The notes beneath the pieces are model-generated. The model was given only the letters and a program-made list of their open reading frames with translations, was not told the DNA's origin and did not search any database. DNA of 64,000 nt from Felis catus (lineage: Eukaryota). Where the stretch lies: assembly GCF_018350175.1 (NCBI RefSeq), contig NC_058368.1, forward strand, positions 34,226,001 to 34,290,000, written 5' to 3'. Below, piece by piece: positions 13,528-26,329 of the stretch (position 1 is the stretch's first letter; the number at the start of each line of letters is the position of its first letter). The translations under genes and the position numbers were made by a program.

Positions 13528-15612
13528 TTTTTTTAATATGATTAATTCATTAAAAAATTTTTTTCATGTTTTATTATTTGAGAAAGAGACAGAGAGCAAG
13601 GGGAGGGGAAGAGCGAGAGGGAGACACAGAATGGGAAGCGGGCTCCAGGCTCTGAGCTGTCAGCACAGAGCCCGACGCAAGGCTCTTACCTGAGCTGAAG
13701 ATCACGAGATCATGACCTGAGCTGAAGTCGGCCGCCTAACCAACTGAGCCACCCAGGTACCCCTTAAATATGAGTTATTGTCGCATTTGCTAACATACAG
13801 TGCATACAGGGTGCCACTGGCTTTGGGGGTAGATTCCCGTGATTCATCGCTTACATACAACACCTAGTGCTCATCCCAAAAAGTGCCCTCCTCAATGCCC
13901 ATCACCCATTTTCCCCTCTCCCCTCCCCCCCCATCAACCCTCAGTTTTTTCTCTGTATTTAAGAGTCTCTTATGGTTTGCCTCCCTGTCTGTTTAAAACT
14001 GTTTTTCCCCTTCCCTTCCGCCCGGTCTTCTGTTAAGTTTCTCAAGTTCCACATATGAGTGAAAATATATGATATCTCTCTTTCTCTGACTGACTTATTT
14101 CACTTAGCATAATATCTTCCAGTTCCATCTACATTGTTGCAAATGGCAGGATTTCATTCTTTCTCATTGCCAAGTAGTATTCCATTGTATATATATAAAC
14201 AACATCTTCTTTATCCATTGATCAGTTGATGGATATTTGGGCTCTTTCCATTATTTGGCTATTGTTGAAAACACTGCTACAAACATTGGGGTACAAGTGT
14301 CACTATGTATCAGCACTCCTGTATCCTTTGGATAAATTCCTGGTAGTGCTATTGCTGGGTCGTAGGGTAGTTGTATTTTTAATTTTTTGAGGAACCTCCA
14401 TACTGTTTTTCAGAGTGGCTGCACCAGTTTGCATTTGCACCAACAGTGCAAAAGATTCCCATTTCTCCACATCCTTGCCAACATGTTTCCTGAGTTGTTA
14501 ATTTTAGCCACTCTGACCAGTATGAGGTGGTATCTCAGTGTGGTTTTGATTTGTATTTCCCTGATGATAACTGATGTTGAGCATCTTTTCATATGTCTGT
14601 TGGCTATCTGGATGTCTTCCTTGGAAAAGTGTCTATTCACGTATTTTGTCCATTTCTTTACTGGATTATTTGTTTTTCTGGTGTTGAGTTTGGTAAGTTC
14701 TTTATAGATTTTGCATACTGACCCTTTGTCCGATATGCCATTTCCAACTATCTTTTCCTATTCCATCAGTTGCCTTTTTGTTTTGTTGATTGTTTCCTTT
14801 GCAGTGCAGAAGCTTTTTCTATTGATGAGGTCCCAGTAGTTCATTTTTGTTTTTGTTTCCCTTGTCTTTGGAGATGTGTCAAGCGAGAAATTGCTGAGGC
14901 TGAAGTCAAAGAGGTTGTTGCCTGTTTTCTCCTCTAAGATTTTGCTGGTTTCCTATCTCGTATTTAGATCTTCCATCCATTTTGAGTTTATTTTTGTGTA
15001 CGGTGTAAGAAAGTGGTACCATTTCATTCTTCTGCAGCACCATTTGCTAAAAAGACTATCTTTTTTCCATTGGATATTTTTTCTTAGTTGGCCATACATT
15101 TGTGGGTCCAATTCTGGGTTCTCTATTCTATTCCATTGGTCTCTGTGTCTGTTTTGTGCCAATGCCACACTGTCTTAATGATCACAGCTTTGTAGTAGAG
15201 GCCAAAGTCCAGGATTATGATGCCTCCCGCTTCAGTTTTCTTTTTCAACATTACTTTGGCTATTCGGGGTCTTTTGTGGTTACATACAAATTTTAGGATT
15301 GTTTGTTCCAGCTTTGAGAAGAGTTCTGGGGCAATTTTCATTGGGATTGCATTGAATGTGTAGATCGTTTTGGGTAATATTGACATTTAACAATATTTGT
15401 TCTTCTGATCCATGAGCATGGAATGTTTTTCCATTTCGTTGTGTCTTCTTTAATTTCTTCCATAAGTTTTCTGTAGTTTTCAGCTTATAGATCTTTTACA
15501 TCTTTGGTTATGTTTATTCCTAGGAATTTTCTGGTTCTCGGTGCAATTGTAAATGGGATCAATTTCTTGATTTCTCTTTCTGTTGCTTCATTATTGGTGT
15601 ATAGAAATGCAA
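13528..15612 (-). mobile_element. 5'-truncated carnivore/felid L1 (ORF2 C-terminus plus 3'UTR), with a SINE inserted in its tail
   Basis: Minus-strand ORFs 15123-15386, 14953-15168 and 14410-14640 translate as L1 ORF2p ([41 protein letters not shown]); carnivore-type 3'UTR. Confidence 0.95.
13548..13763 (-). mobile_element. SINEC inserted in the L1 3' end
   Basis: rc SINEC ending ccacccaggtacccc; TSD aatatgattaatt/aatatgagttatt. Confidence 0.94.
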
Positions 15613-18600
15613 CTTACTCTGTTTTCAAACAAAATTGAGAGGAAGGTACAGAGATTTCCCATATTCTCCCTGCCCCCACAAATATAACCTCCCCCATTAT
15701 CAACAGCCCCACCAGACTACTACTTCTGTATTAACTGATGAACCGACATTGCCACATCATAATCACCTGAGGTCCATAGTTTATGTTGCAGTTCACTCTT
15801 GGTTTTATTCGTTCTGTTTAGACATATGTATAATTATATGCATCTGCCATAATTGTATCATGCAGAGTATTTTCACTGTCCTAAAAATCTTCTGTGCTCT
15901 GCCTCTTCATCTTTCCCTATCCCACCCACATACCTTTTTTACTGTCCCCATAGTTTTGCCCTCTTCAGAATGTTGCATAGCTGGAATAATACACTAAATA
16001 GTGTTTTGTGTTTTGTTTTGTTTGGTTTGGTTTTGTTTAGATTGGCTCTTTTCACTTAAAAATACAAATGTAAAGTTCTTCCATGTCTTTTCATGGCTTG
16101 ATAGTTATTTCTTTATTTACTTTTTTAGTGGTAATACTATTCCATTGTCTAGATGTACCATATTAGTTTGCCCATTTACCTACTGAAAGGCATCGTGATT
16201 GCTTCCAAGTTTTGGCAATAATGAATACACTTGCTCTGAACATCTGTGTGCAGGAGTTTGTGTAGATGTAAGTTCTCAACTTCTTTAGGTAAATACCAAG
16301 GAGTGCTATTACTGAATTGTCTGATAAGAGAATGCTTAGTTTTGTAAGAAACCACAAACAGTCTTCCAAAGTGACTGTACCACTTTGTATTCCCAACAGC
16401 AATAAATGAAGTTTCGTGTTGCTTCACATCTTTATTGGCATTTGGTGTTGTCAGCATTCCAGATTTTGGTGTGTAATTGTTTCTCATTACTGTTTTCATT
16501 TTCGTTTTTCTAATGAAATATAACGTGGAACTTCTTTTCATATGCTTATTCCTATGTATATATCCCCTTTGGTGAGGTATCTGTTTAAGAGTTTTGGCCC
16601 ATTTTTTAATTAGGTTGCTTTCTTATTGTTGTTTTAAGAGTTCTTTGTATATTTGGGATAACAGTCTTTTAGCAGTTGTTTTTTCTGCAAATATATTTTC
16701 CCAGTCTGTGACTTGTCTTTTCATTCCCTTGACATTGTCTTTCACAGAGAAGATTTAATTGTAATGGATCCCACTTTATCTGTTCTTTCTTTTATGGATT
16801 GTGCCTTTGATACATCTAAAAAGTCACTGCCATACCCAAAATCATTGAGGTTTTGTCATATTGTCTGCTAGTTTTTATAATTTTGCATTGTATATTAATA
16901 TCTGCAATCCACTTTGAATTGTTGTGAAAGGTGTTAAAGTCTGTGTCTAGATTCACTTTTCTGTATGTGGATTTCCAGTTTTACCAACACCATTTGTCAA
17001 AAAGACTACCTTTGCCCACTCCATTCTATTTCCTTTGTTACTTTGTCAAGGATTAGTTGACCATATTTGTATGGATCTATTTCTCAGCTCTCAATTCTGT
17101 TTCATTGATCTGTCTACTCTTTTGCCAACACTACACTGTCCTGTGTACTATAACTTTAGAGTAAGTCTTGAAGTCAAGTAGCTTCAGTCCTCCAAGTTTG
17201 TTCTCTTTCCATACTGTGTTGGCTATTCCAGGTCTTTTGCCTATCCACATAAATTGTAGAATCAGTTTGTCATATTCACAAAATAACCTGCTGGAATTTT
17301 TTTTTTGTTTGCACTGAATCTATAGATAAAAGTGGGAAGAAATGACATCTTGATAACATTGAATCTTCCTATCTATGAACATGGATTATCTCTCCATTTA
17401 TTTAGCTCTCAGTTCATTCATCAGAGTTTTATCATTTTTCTCATACGTGTCTATACATGTTCAGTTAGATTTATATATAAATATTTCATTTTTTGGGTGC
17501 TAATGTAAATGGCATTGTGTTTTTAATTTCAAATTCCACTTGTTCATTGTTGGTATATAGGAAATAAATTGACTTTTATGTTAACCTTGTATCCTGCAAC
17601 CATTCTATAAAATCTTATTAATTCAGTTCTTTTGGATTTTCTACATAGATGATCATGACGAAAGATCGTTTTATGTTTTTGTTTTCAATCTTTGTAACTC
17701 TTACTTCCTTTTCTAGTCTTCTTGCATTAACAAGTTCCAGGAGAATTCTGAAAAGCAGTGGTGAGAGGAGACATTCTTGCTTTGTACCTGATCTTAGTGG
17801 TAAAGCTTCCAGTGTCTCCCCTTTAAGTGTAATGTGAAGTAGGTTTTTTATAGATAATCTTTATCTGGTTGAGGAAGTTCCCCTAAATTACAAGTTTACT
17901 GAGAGTTGTTATCAATGGATGTTAGGTATTGTCAAACATTTTTCTGCATCTATTGATAAGATTATGTCCTTATTAATTGTCTGCCTGTTGTATATGTCCT
18001 TTTCTGAGAGAGAGGTGTTAAAGTCTTCAACTATGATAGTGGATTCAGCTATTCCTCTTTGCAAGTCTATTTGTATTTGACTTACGAAGTTTGAAACTCT
18101 GTTATTAGGAGCATAAACATGAATAATTTTTGTGTGTTTTGGGATGATTGACCCAACCAAACAGAAAGATGCTATTCCTTTTTTTTTCTTTAAGTTTATT
18201 TATTTTGAGAAAGAGAGAGAGAGAGAGCAGGGGAGGGGCAGAGAGAGAGAGATGGAGAGAGAATTCCAAGCAGGCTCCATGCTGTCAGCACAGAGCCCAA
18301 CACAGAGCTGGATCCTAAAAACCACAAGATCATGACCTGAACCGAAATTGAGACTTTATGCTTAACCTACTGAGCCAGCCAGATGCCCTGTAATGCTATT
18401 CTGTACCCCAGATAACTCTTCTTGCTTTGAAATCAGCTATGTCTGAAATTAACATATCCACTTCAGCTTTCTTTTAATTAGTACTAACATGGTATATTTT
18501 TCTCTATTCATTTACTTTTAATTTATGTATGTTTTATATTGAAGTGAATTTCTTGCAGGCAACATATATTTAGATTGTGTTTTTTGATTCATTCTGACAA

Positions 18601-20407
18601 TTTCTGTCTTTTAGTTGGTGTATTCAGACCATAGAAGCTCTAAGTGATTATTGACATAGTTGGATTCTACCATATGCATTATTGCTTTCTTTGTGTTGCT
18701 TTTGTTCTTTGTTCCAAGTTTTGTCTTCCACTCTTTTTCTGCCTGTTGTGGCTTTAACTGAACAATTTATATGATTTCATCTTCTCTCCTTTCTTATTAT
18801 ACTTTTTTATTTTTTTTCTAGTGGTTGCCTTAGAATTTGCAATTTACCTTTATAGCTAACCCAAGTCCTCTTTCAAACAACATTCTACCATTTCACAGGT
18901 AGTGTGAATACTTATAATAACAACATAATACTAGTTCCTCCATCCATCCTATCCCTTGTATCATTGCTGCCATTCATTTCACTTATAGATGAGCACCCTT
19001 CAGGACACATATGTAACATATGATACATACATATACACACTGATGGTACTATTTCAAACAAACTGTTACCTGTTAGATCAATTTACAATAAGAAAAAATA
19101 TGTTCTTATTTTACCTTCACTTATTCCTTGTTCTATGGTCTTTTTTTTATTTTAAGTAGATCTGCATTTCAGACCTTATCATGTTCCTTGTCTCTAAAGT
19201 TCTTTCACATTTCTTGTAAGGCAGGTCTACTGGCAACAGATGTCCTCAATTTTTGTTTGAGAAGGTTGTTATTTCTTCTTTAGTTTTGAATGATAATTTC
19301 ACAGGGTACAGAATTCTAGGTTGTAGGGGCTTTTATTTTTTTCTCTCAACACTCCACTCTCTTGCCTACACAGTTTCTGAGGAGAAGCTGGATATAATTC
19401 TTATCTTTGCTCCTTTATAGATAAGGTGTTTTCCCCCTGGCCTTTTTCAGGATTTTGTATGTATCTTTGATAAAGCTACATTTTCTATAGTTTATAATTT
19501 TTTTACATGTATCCTGTTTGGTGTTCTCTAAGCTTCCCAGATTTGTGTTTTGGTATTTGATGTCAATTTAGGGATATTGTCAATCATTGTTTTTTCAAAT
19601 ATTTCTTCTGTTTCTTTCTCTTCCTCTGTTATTTCTATTATGTGTAAAATACATCACTTGTTGTCCAATAGTCTTTGATTATTCAGGTATGTATTTTTCA
19701 GTCTCTGATATCTTTATTTCGGTTTTTGAGGATTATCTAGGTAAATCCAGCTGAGAGATTCTATACTCAGTTGTGTCCACTCTACTAATGAACATGTCAA
19801 AGATATTCTTCATTTCCTTTAGTGTGTTTTCTTATTTCTAACATTTCTTTGTGGTCTTTTCTAAGGTGTCCATCTCTGCTTACACTGCCCTTCTTTTCTT
19901 GCATGAAGTCTACTTTATCCATTAGAGCCCTTAGTATATCAATCAGATTTGTTTTAAATCTTGTTTGATAATTCCAATGTCCCTGCCATGTCTTGTTCTG
20001 ATATTTACTCTGTCTCTTCAATAAGACTCCTTTTGCCTTTGGTATGTCTTAGAACCTGGTCAAGCTCTTGGAGGCAAATCCCACAATACATGGGTGCTCC
20101 CCTGTGCCTAGGTCCTCCTAGAATTTTGAACACTCAGCACTCTATAGCAATTATTCAATGACAGTTCAGGTTTTCCTTCTCTGACACTGGGTTATATGGC
20201 AATTTCTTCTTGTGAATCTCTGCTCTGGTAATCTGCAACTCCCTATGTTTGTCTGTCTCTCTCCAGTCTCAGGGGCCTCAGTTTGCCCTATGTCCTCTCC
20301 TCTCTCCAAGAGGAGTTGATTTTTCAGTCTGCTCAGCTTTGTACTTGTTAGGAATGGCAGAATGGCAAGTCTGAAGTTCTTTACATACAAAATCTGCAAC
20401 TAGAAGT
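15613..20407 (-). mobile_element. Near end-to-end old eutherian L1 (L1MC1-like) with internal deletions
   Basis: 3'UTR aaaattgagaggaaggtacagagatttcccatat...; ORF2 remnants (ORFs 16163-16541, 17912-18160); ORF1 region ~19200-20030; 5'UTR to ~20407. Confidence 0.88.
18179..18388 (-). mobile_element. SINEC inserted in the L1 endonuclease region
   Basis: rc SINEC; TSD core atgctattc on both sides. Confidence 0.94.
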
Positions 20408-21032
20408 ACTCTCAATACTCACTACTGGGCAAGCGTATTTGAAAAGAAGTTAACTTCAAAAGAATCAAATCCTGTTGACAACCCGGAGTATATGTTTTCC
20501 CATATTATAGAAATAGATATAAAATTTTAGACTTACAAATTTTGATACTGAAATTATTCAAGAGATCATCATTTCTTTGTAATTAGATATGGCAAGCATG
20601 GAGAGAAAACCATGCCAGAATAAGATTATAAGAAATTCTAGATAACTGGATACTTCAGAAATTTCCCAAGAAAACAAGTGTGCTATGATTAAATAAAAAA
20701 AAAAAAAGCATCACAGAAACAAGATAATTTGAGTAGAAGCCATATTTGAGTATTTAGAGAAAACTAGTTAATAGATTACTGAGCAAAAGTAATGTAAAAG
20801 TATCATACTTAAATATTCGCTGATGATTTTGAAGTTTAAAGAAAAGGATTCCACAAATATCCAAAAGATAATATAATTTATTATAACTTAATTAAACTTT
20901 ATATTGACTTACATATAGTCTTTTGTTTTGCTAAGGGCTGTAATTCTGTATCTAGCTGTTTATCTAATTTTGAGGGGAAAATTACTACTTAAAAATTGTT
21001 TATTTAGCAAACTGATTTAAAAGAAAAGCTCT

Positions 21033-21256
21033 GGGGACACCTGGGTGGCTCACTCGGTTAAGGTCCGATTTCAGCTCAGGTCATGATCTCAAGATTTGTG
21101 AATTTGACCCCTGTGTCAGGCCTTGTACTGACAGTTCAGAACCTGGAGTCTGCTTTAGATTCTGTATCTCCCTCTTTCTCTGCCCTTCTCCTGCTCTCTC
21201 TCTCTCTCTTTCTCTCAAAAAGAATCATTAAAAAATAAATAAAAAGATAAAGAAAA
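21033..21256 (+). mobile_element. SINEC
   Basis: ggggacacctgggtggctcactcggttaag...(CT)n, A-rich tail. Confidence 0.95.
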
Positions 21257-21599
21257 TAAATCCAAAGCTCATGAGTTGTACCCTATAGAAGTTAAAAAAT
21301 GAACAAAAAAGCTCTTCAGATGTATTCCAGTAGTCTTTGAGATAAGTCAAAATACAATAAATAAACAAATAATTAAATAAATAAATAAATGTTGGGAAGT
21401 GACACTCTTAAAAATGTTTTAAGGAAACAACCTACCAAATTATATCCAGGTAAATTTGTTAACATGGTTTAGTCAATGTACTTAGCCAAAAGTAGCTCTT
21501 GGAATTAAAAAGAACATGATGGAGTAAAATTTTTTACTATCTAAGAAAAGTTAAAAAAAAGAAAAACCCAAAAAGAGAATACCAGAATAAACCTGCTCG

Positions 21600-22127
21600 G
21601 GTTGGATTCTTCCGTATGAGCTTGTATGTGTTTTCTTAAATACATATGCAAAGACATAAATACATAAATAAACATAGATATGTGTGTGCGCATTGGTTAG
21701 TATACACACATACATCGCCTCACTCTGTCAAGATAGCCTAGACACAATGACAGTCACACAGCAATAAGCACACTCAGTATGTAGATCTTGATTTATAAAT
21801 ATCATTCTCCAACAAATGAACTGGAATTCCTGGAAGAGTGGTTGATTATAGAACTGGAACATGAAAAATACAAGATGAAACAGAAACACCTTCACAATGT
21901 AAGCAACAAAATAAATAAAAATAGTGTTGGATTGGGGTGCTTGGGTGGCTCAGTTGGTTGAGTGGCCAGCTATCGATTTCAGCTCAGGTCACATATCTCA
22001 CAGTTCATGGGATTGAGCCCCGCTTCGGGCTCCACACTGACAGTGTGGAGTATGCTTGGGATTTTCTCTCTCCTTCTCTTCTCAAAATAAATAAATAAAC
22101 TTTAAGAAATAGTGTTGGATAATGACT

Positions 22128-22130
<3 letters not shown>
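21600..22130 (+). mobile_element. L1MC/L1MD-type 3'UTR fragment, interrupted by a SINEC
   Basis: gttagtatacacacatacat...caatgacagtcacacagcaataagcacactcagt...aaatatcattctccaacaaa. Confidence 0.6.
21934..22106 (+). mobile_element. SINEC
   Basis: ggggtgcttgggtggctcagttgg; perfect 14-bp TSD aaatagtgttggat. Confidence 0.95.

Positions 22131-22184
<54 letters not shown>
22131..22184. repeat. (AT)n microsatellite
   Basis: About 27 perfect AT units. Confidence 0.98.
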
Positions 22185-22187
<3 letters not shown>

Positions 22188-22713
22188 TGGGGGGAGAAAT
22201 AAAGTGAAACAATTAACCCCAAATTTCTAGGCTTCTTTTCTTTTTCCCCCCATAGTTTTAATGTTGTTTTAAAGTTCTAAATGACTGCCTCATAAGAAGA
22301 GTACTTAAAGCTTATAAAGTAAAAGTATGGCATTTCCAGTAAGGATATATGAGAAGTTTGACTTAAAAAATTCTCTTAGTAACCTTCATTTCAGTGAATC
22401 TGAATACCCTAGATAAGTACAAAGTAGTAGGAAAATATAACATTCATGTACAGTTTAAATGAAGTGTCTCATATAATGATTTAATTTAAATTTAATAAGC
22501 CAGTTATTGCAGGTTAATTAAATGGCACTTGATTATTAAAAGCATATTTATTTAGATTAACAGCTATTAAATGATCTTATCACACCTTTTATGGTTAATT
22601 TTGTTTTAACTATATTTTAAATTATTTAAAATTTTATCTTGTGCTCACTTCCGTTTGAAATAGTACCTTTAAAGTTTAAGATTAAAACCTTTAGCTTTTT
22701 TTAAGTCTCTTTA

Positions 22714-22786
22714 ATCACTTACAAACTAATTTATTATTATTAAATAAATGGATCATTTGCAAACTAATTTATTATTATTAAATAAA
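22714..22786. repeat. Two-copy 38-bp tandem duplication
   Basis: atcacttacaaactaatttattattattaaataaa / atcatttgcaaactaatttattattattaaataaa. Confidence 0.9.
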
Positions 22787-22959
22787 CAGAAAAACTATGA
22801 AACAAAATAGCATGGAGACATTTAAAAAGATCAACAGACAATTAAAGTAAGTTGAAATGGAAGTAAGCAGATTAATTTTTCAATGGAACATGCTCACAAT
22901 TAATTAATTCATTTTTAATTATAGAATTTGTCTCATAAGTCTTACATACTAGCACATTT

Positions 22960-23230
22960 TGTTATTAATAATAATAGCAAAAATTTATTAAACACATTTG
23001 TGTCTGGCAAATTTTTAAGAGTATTGCTTTAAATACACACACATGCACACACACACAAACTCATTTGATCTTCAAAACAATCCAATGAGGTAGGTGTTAT
23101 AATTATCTTCATTTTTTATATGGGAACGCAGGAATGGAGAATTAAACTTTTCAATGAGAAAAAACTAGGAATTGACAAATCCAAGGCAGTCTGGCTCCAA
23201 CTTATGTGTTTTTAACCACTAGGCTATAGT
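22960..23230 (-). mobile_element. MIR
   Basis: ctcatttgatcttcaaaacaatccaatgaggtaggtgttataattatcttcattttt...ccaaggcagtctggctcca. Confidence 0.75.
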
Positions 23231-23899
23231 CCCACTCTATGGTCAAAATGATCGTTCTGAGACAATTTGATTGCAATAAGGTACCAATCACCAAGAATGA
23301 TGGTAAACAATGGCCTTCAACTTCACAGAGTCAGAGTTTGAGATCAGCTCCTCACAGGAGAAAGATGTGTTTCACAGAGAAAATTCTGAAAGCAGTTGAT
23401 ATTAATGGGAATAGGAAACAGATGTTAAGGAAATTTAAGATCGCTTTATATCTCAGAAAGAAGCTATTAAAATCACGCTTTCTTTTAACAAAGATCGGTT
23501 AAGAAAAATCAGCTTCATTCATTCTTTACTTTTGTTGCTTAGAAAATGCTGAAAATATTATCAGAAAACAAATTCTGAAAGATATCAGGTTCTTTGATAA
23601 CCACAAAATTGCCTTTCCCAAGCTAAAAACATACAACCTATAAGTTGGAAGGAAACCTCACTGTTGAGGTGAAGAAAAGGGAGGTTGTAAAATGAGCATG
23701 ATGAAGAGGGAGAAATACATTCTGTGTATCATGAAAAAGGGAAGTCTTTCACTCAGTACGTTTTTCTCTGCTCTGTGTGCACAGGTATATTGATATGTGG
23801 CTATGTAGGCATGTTTGCTCACATTAAAATCTTGCTCTAGCTAGAAGACAGAAGAGATGGTCTCTTCAATTCCCTGACCTATCTAGATAACTATTTGCA

Positions 23900-24100
23900 A
23901 CCCAGCTCACAGTGTGGTGGTTTAAAATCATGGATGGCATCATTAAATTGGCTACATTCAATTCTAGCTCTGCAATTTACCAGCTGTATGACTGTTTGCA
24001 ATTTATACTTTCTGGTCTCAGTTTCCTTATTTTAAATTGGGAAGATTTTACGAGGCTAAAGGAGTTACAATTTTTAAAGCATGTTAAACATTTTAAAAGC
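23900..24100 (+). mobile_element. MIR
   Basis: ttcaattctagctctgcaatttaccagctgtatgact...tctcagtttccttattttaaattgg. Confidence 0.7.
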
Positions 24101-26021
24101 AGTTATTAGATCGGTTTCGTATTTTTAAGTGATTTTTAACTTGATGCTCTTATATATAACTGCTTGCTCATTGTTTTTATCATAAAAGCAGATTTATTGC
24201 ACATTTTACTGCCCGGACCATCACTTTCAACCACTTCATTTAAATCATTCATTAGTATCAAGAAATGCCATAGTAAATTCCTCACATTCAATACGTATTT
24301 CTTTGGTGGCCATGACTTATGCTTCCTCAAGAAGCCAGCTCCTAAATGTGGCCAATTACCCAGCTAACTTACAGGCCCAGCTATAATATAATCAATTTTT
24401 TTTTCCACATGTGCTATTATTGGGCCTAGAAAAAATAAACAGTTCTAAATTCTGGACTTGTCTTTTGGATTAGGGTGAATTATACAATTTAGAGGGTTCC
24501 GTAGCCTTATCACATGCAAAGAATTCTCAATCATTTTTATATAGACTATCTAGTTCTTGCATTATTCTAACCGGTTTCATTGAAACCAGCCTTTCCCCCC
24601 TTACCTTGTTTACATCTAGACAGTGTAATTAAAGCAAATTCAACAACTGTCTAAATGAGGTATAAATAATGTAGATAAGTAAGCCAACCAGTGTATTTCA
24701 ATAATATTTTTCAAATGTAAACATTCAGTAATTTTGATAAAAGTTAAAACAAAAACATTGCATTGAAACTTGCATTCTTTTTGGAAAGACCTGATAATAG
24801 TGGTCCAGTTATTAGCAACACTATAATGCAAGCTAATCACTTTTATTATGGCTTGGTCAGAAGTCAGAACTCCTTGCTACTTCAGAGATCACCTTACATA
24901 TCTGCTTTCTGTCCCTTGCGCCCTCTTCAAACTTTACTTGACTCTAGAGAATATCCTGCATATAAAGAATGTTCTCTCTATTTTAGAAATGCCAGTGAAC
25001 TGCTCATTGTAGTTTGTACATGTGCTAATGCTATTTGTTCTCTGTATTGTAAATAAAGTCCTGTTAGGGAGGAAAAATAGAAGCAATTGGATGTTGTTGT
25101 GTTTGGCTTATAAATAAATGTATTTAACAAAATTTGGTGAATTCTTATTTAGTTTCTTTAGTATCTGAGTGAACAAATTCAATGGAATGTGCTCTTTATC
25201 TCCTGAGTTTAGTCTTACTTCTACACATCTCCTCCCTTCCCTCTCATTTTTTTTTTCACCTAAATGAACAGTATTGTTTAAGCCCAAACATGTTTTTCTA
25301 CTTTGGTGTCATTGGTGCACAGTATTGATAGAAGGGTATTAAAGATAAGGCTGTGTGGGAATGTGATCTGTCAGTGGAACATCAGTAGGCTTCGGCCTGG
25401 GAACCAGATTAGGAATGAATCACAGGAGTCATTTCATAACTATTCCAGTTATGGTAGAAATCATTGTTTTGAACCAACGAAACAAAGCAAATTTTTTTCC
25501 CGTGTTAAGCCAGTAACACCTATAACCCCTCTCCCATGTAACATCTTAGACTTGGCCAAAAATTCTGTTGGTGGAAGTGTTAAGGCAGCCTCTCTTTATA
25601 TAATAGTTCTTATGGTGTTAAAGAAACTAGAACTGATTCAATACTTCAATATTTTTAATGGGATTTCAACAACAATTTGAGAGCACTCCAATAAATATGA
25701 ATAGCTTCATATTTAAATTATCTTTGCCCTGGTGGTTATTATTTTCCCAAGGTATACACAGACCATAGAACGCAAGAAAGTTCAGGGACTTGTCACAAAG
25801 TAAACATGAGTTTGTAACCACATGCGGACATAACTAAAATGCTCTGGAAAGGTTAAACAAGTTTCTATAGGTCTAATTCAATTCTTTTTCCTGAACACTT
25901 AATCACAGTTTTATCTCTATTTTTAATTTTCTGTTTTATAATAAGGGCACATGTAGCCTGTTATCTTCCGTGTTATTGATGATTAATTGCTACTGATTAT
26001 TGGATTGAATAAGGATAATTT

Positions 26022-26329
26022 TGTTACAGAACCAGGCTGGATCTCTGGTGGAGAAACCAAGAGGCACTCAGAGATCTTGGTGATCAGAGTTTTATTTTAT
26101 ACCAACGGGCTTGGAGGAGATCCTTCTCCAGACATCTGAGTCCCAAGCATAAGCACGGGGGGCAATATATCTTCTGTTACTTCCGCATTCTGCATTAGTA
26201 GTAATTTGGCACACCTGGCAAGCAGAGCGGAAGAAGAACCCTGAAGAGGAGTCTCTAAGCCAGAGACTAGAGCTTATGTTAGTCCCATGGGCCATCTTGT
26301 GGTGCATAACTTTACTTATTTTCCCCACA
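26022..26329 (-). mobile_element. Solo LTR (ERV1-like, carnivore)
   Basis: TG...CA termini, 4-bp TSD attt/atgt, minus-strand AATAAA and TATA-like motif, more GC-rich than flanks. Confidence 0.8.

Noticed and set aside
23239..25680. ORFs of 87, 97 and 125 aa (23239, 24763, 25303)
   Set aside because: No recognisable homology and no convincing splice or Kozak context; the 97- and 125-aa ORFs start at TTG.
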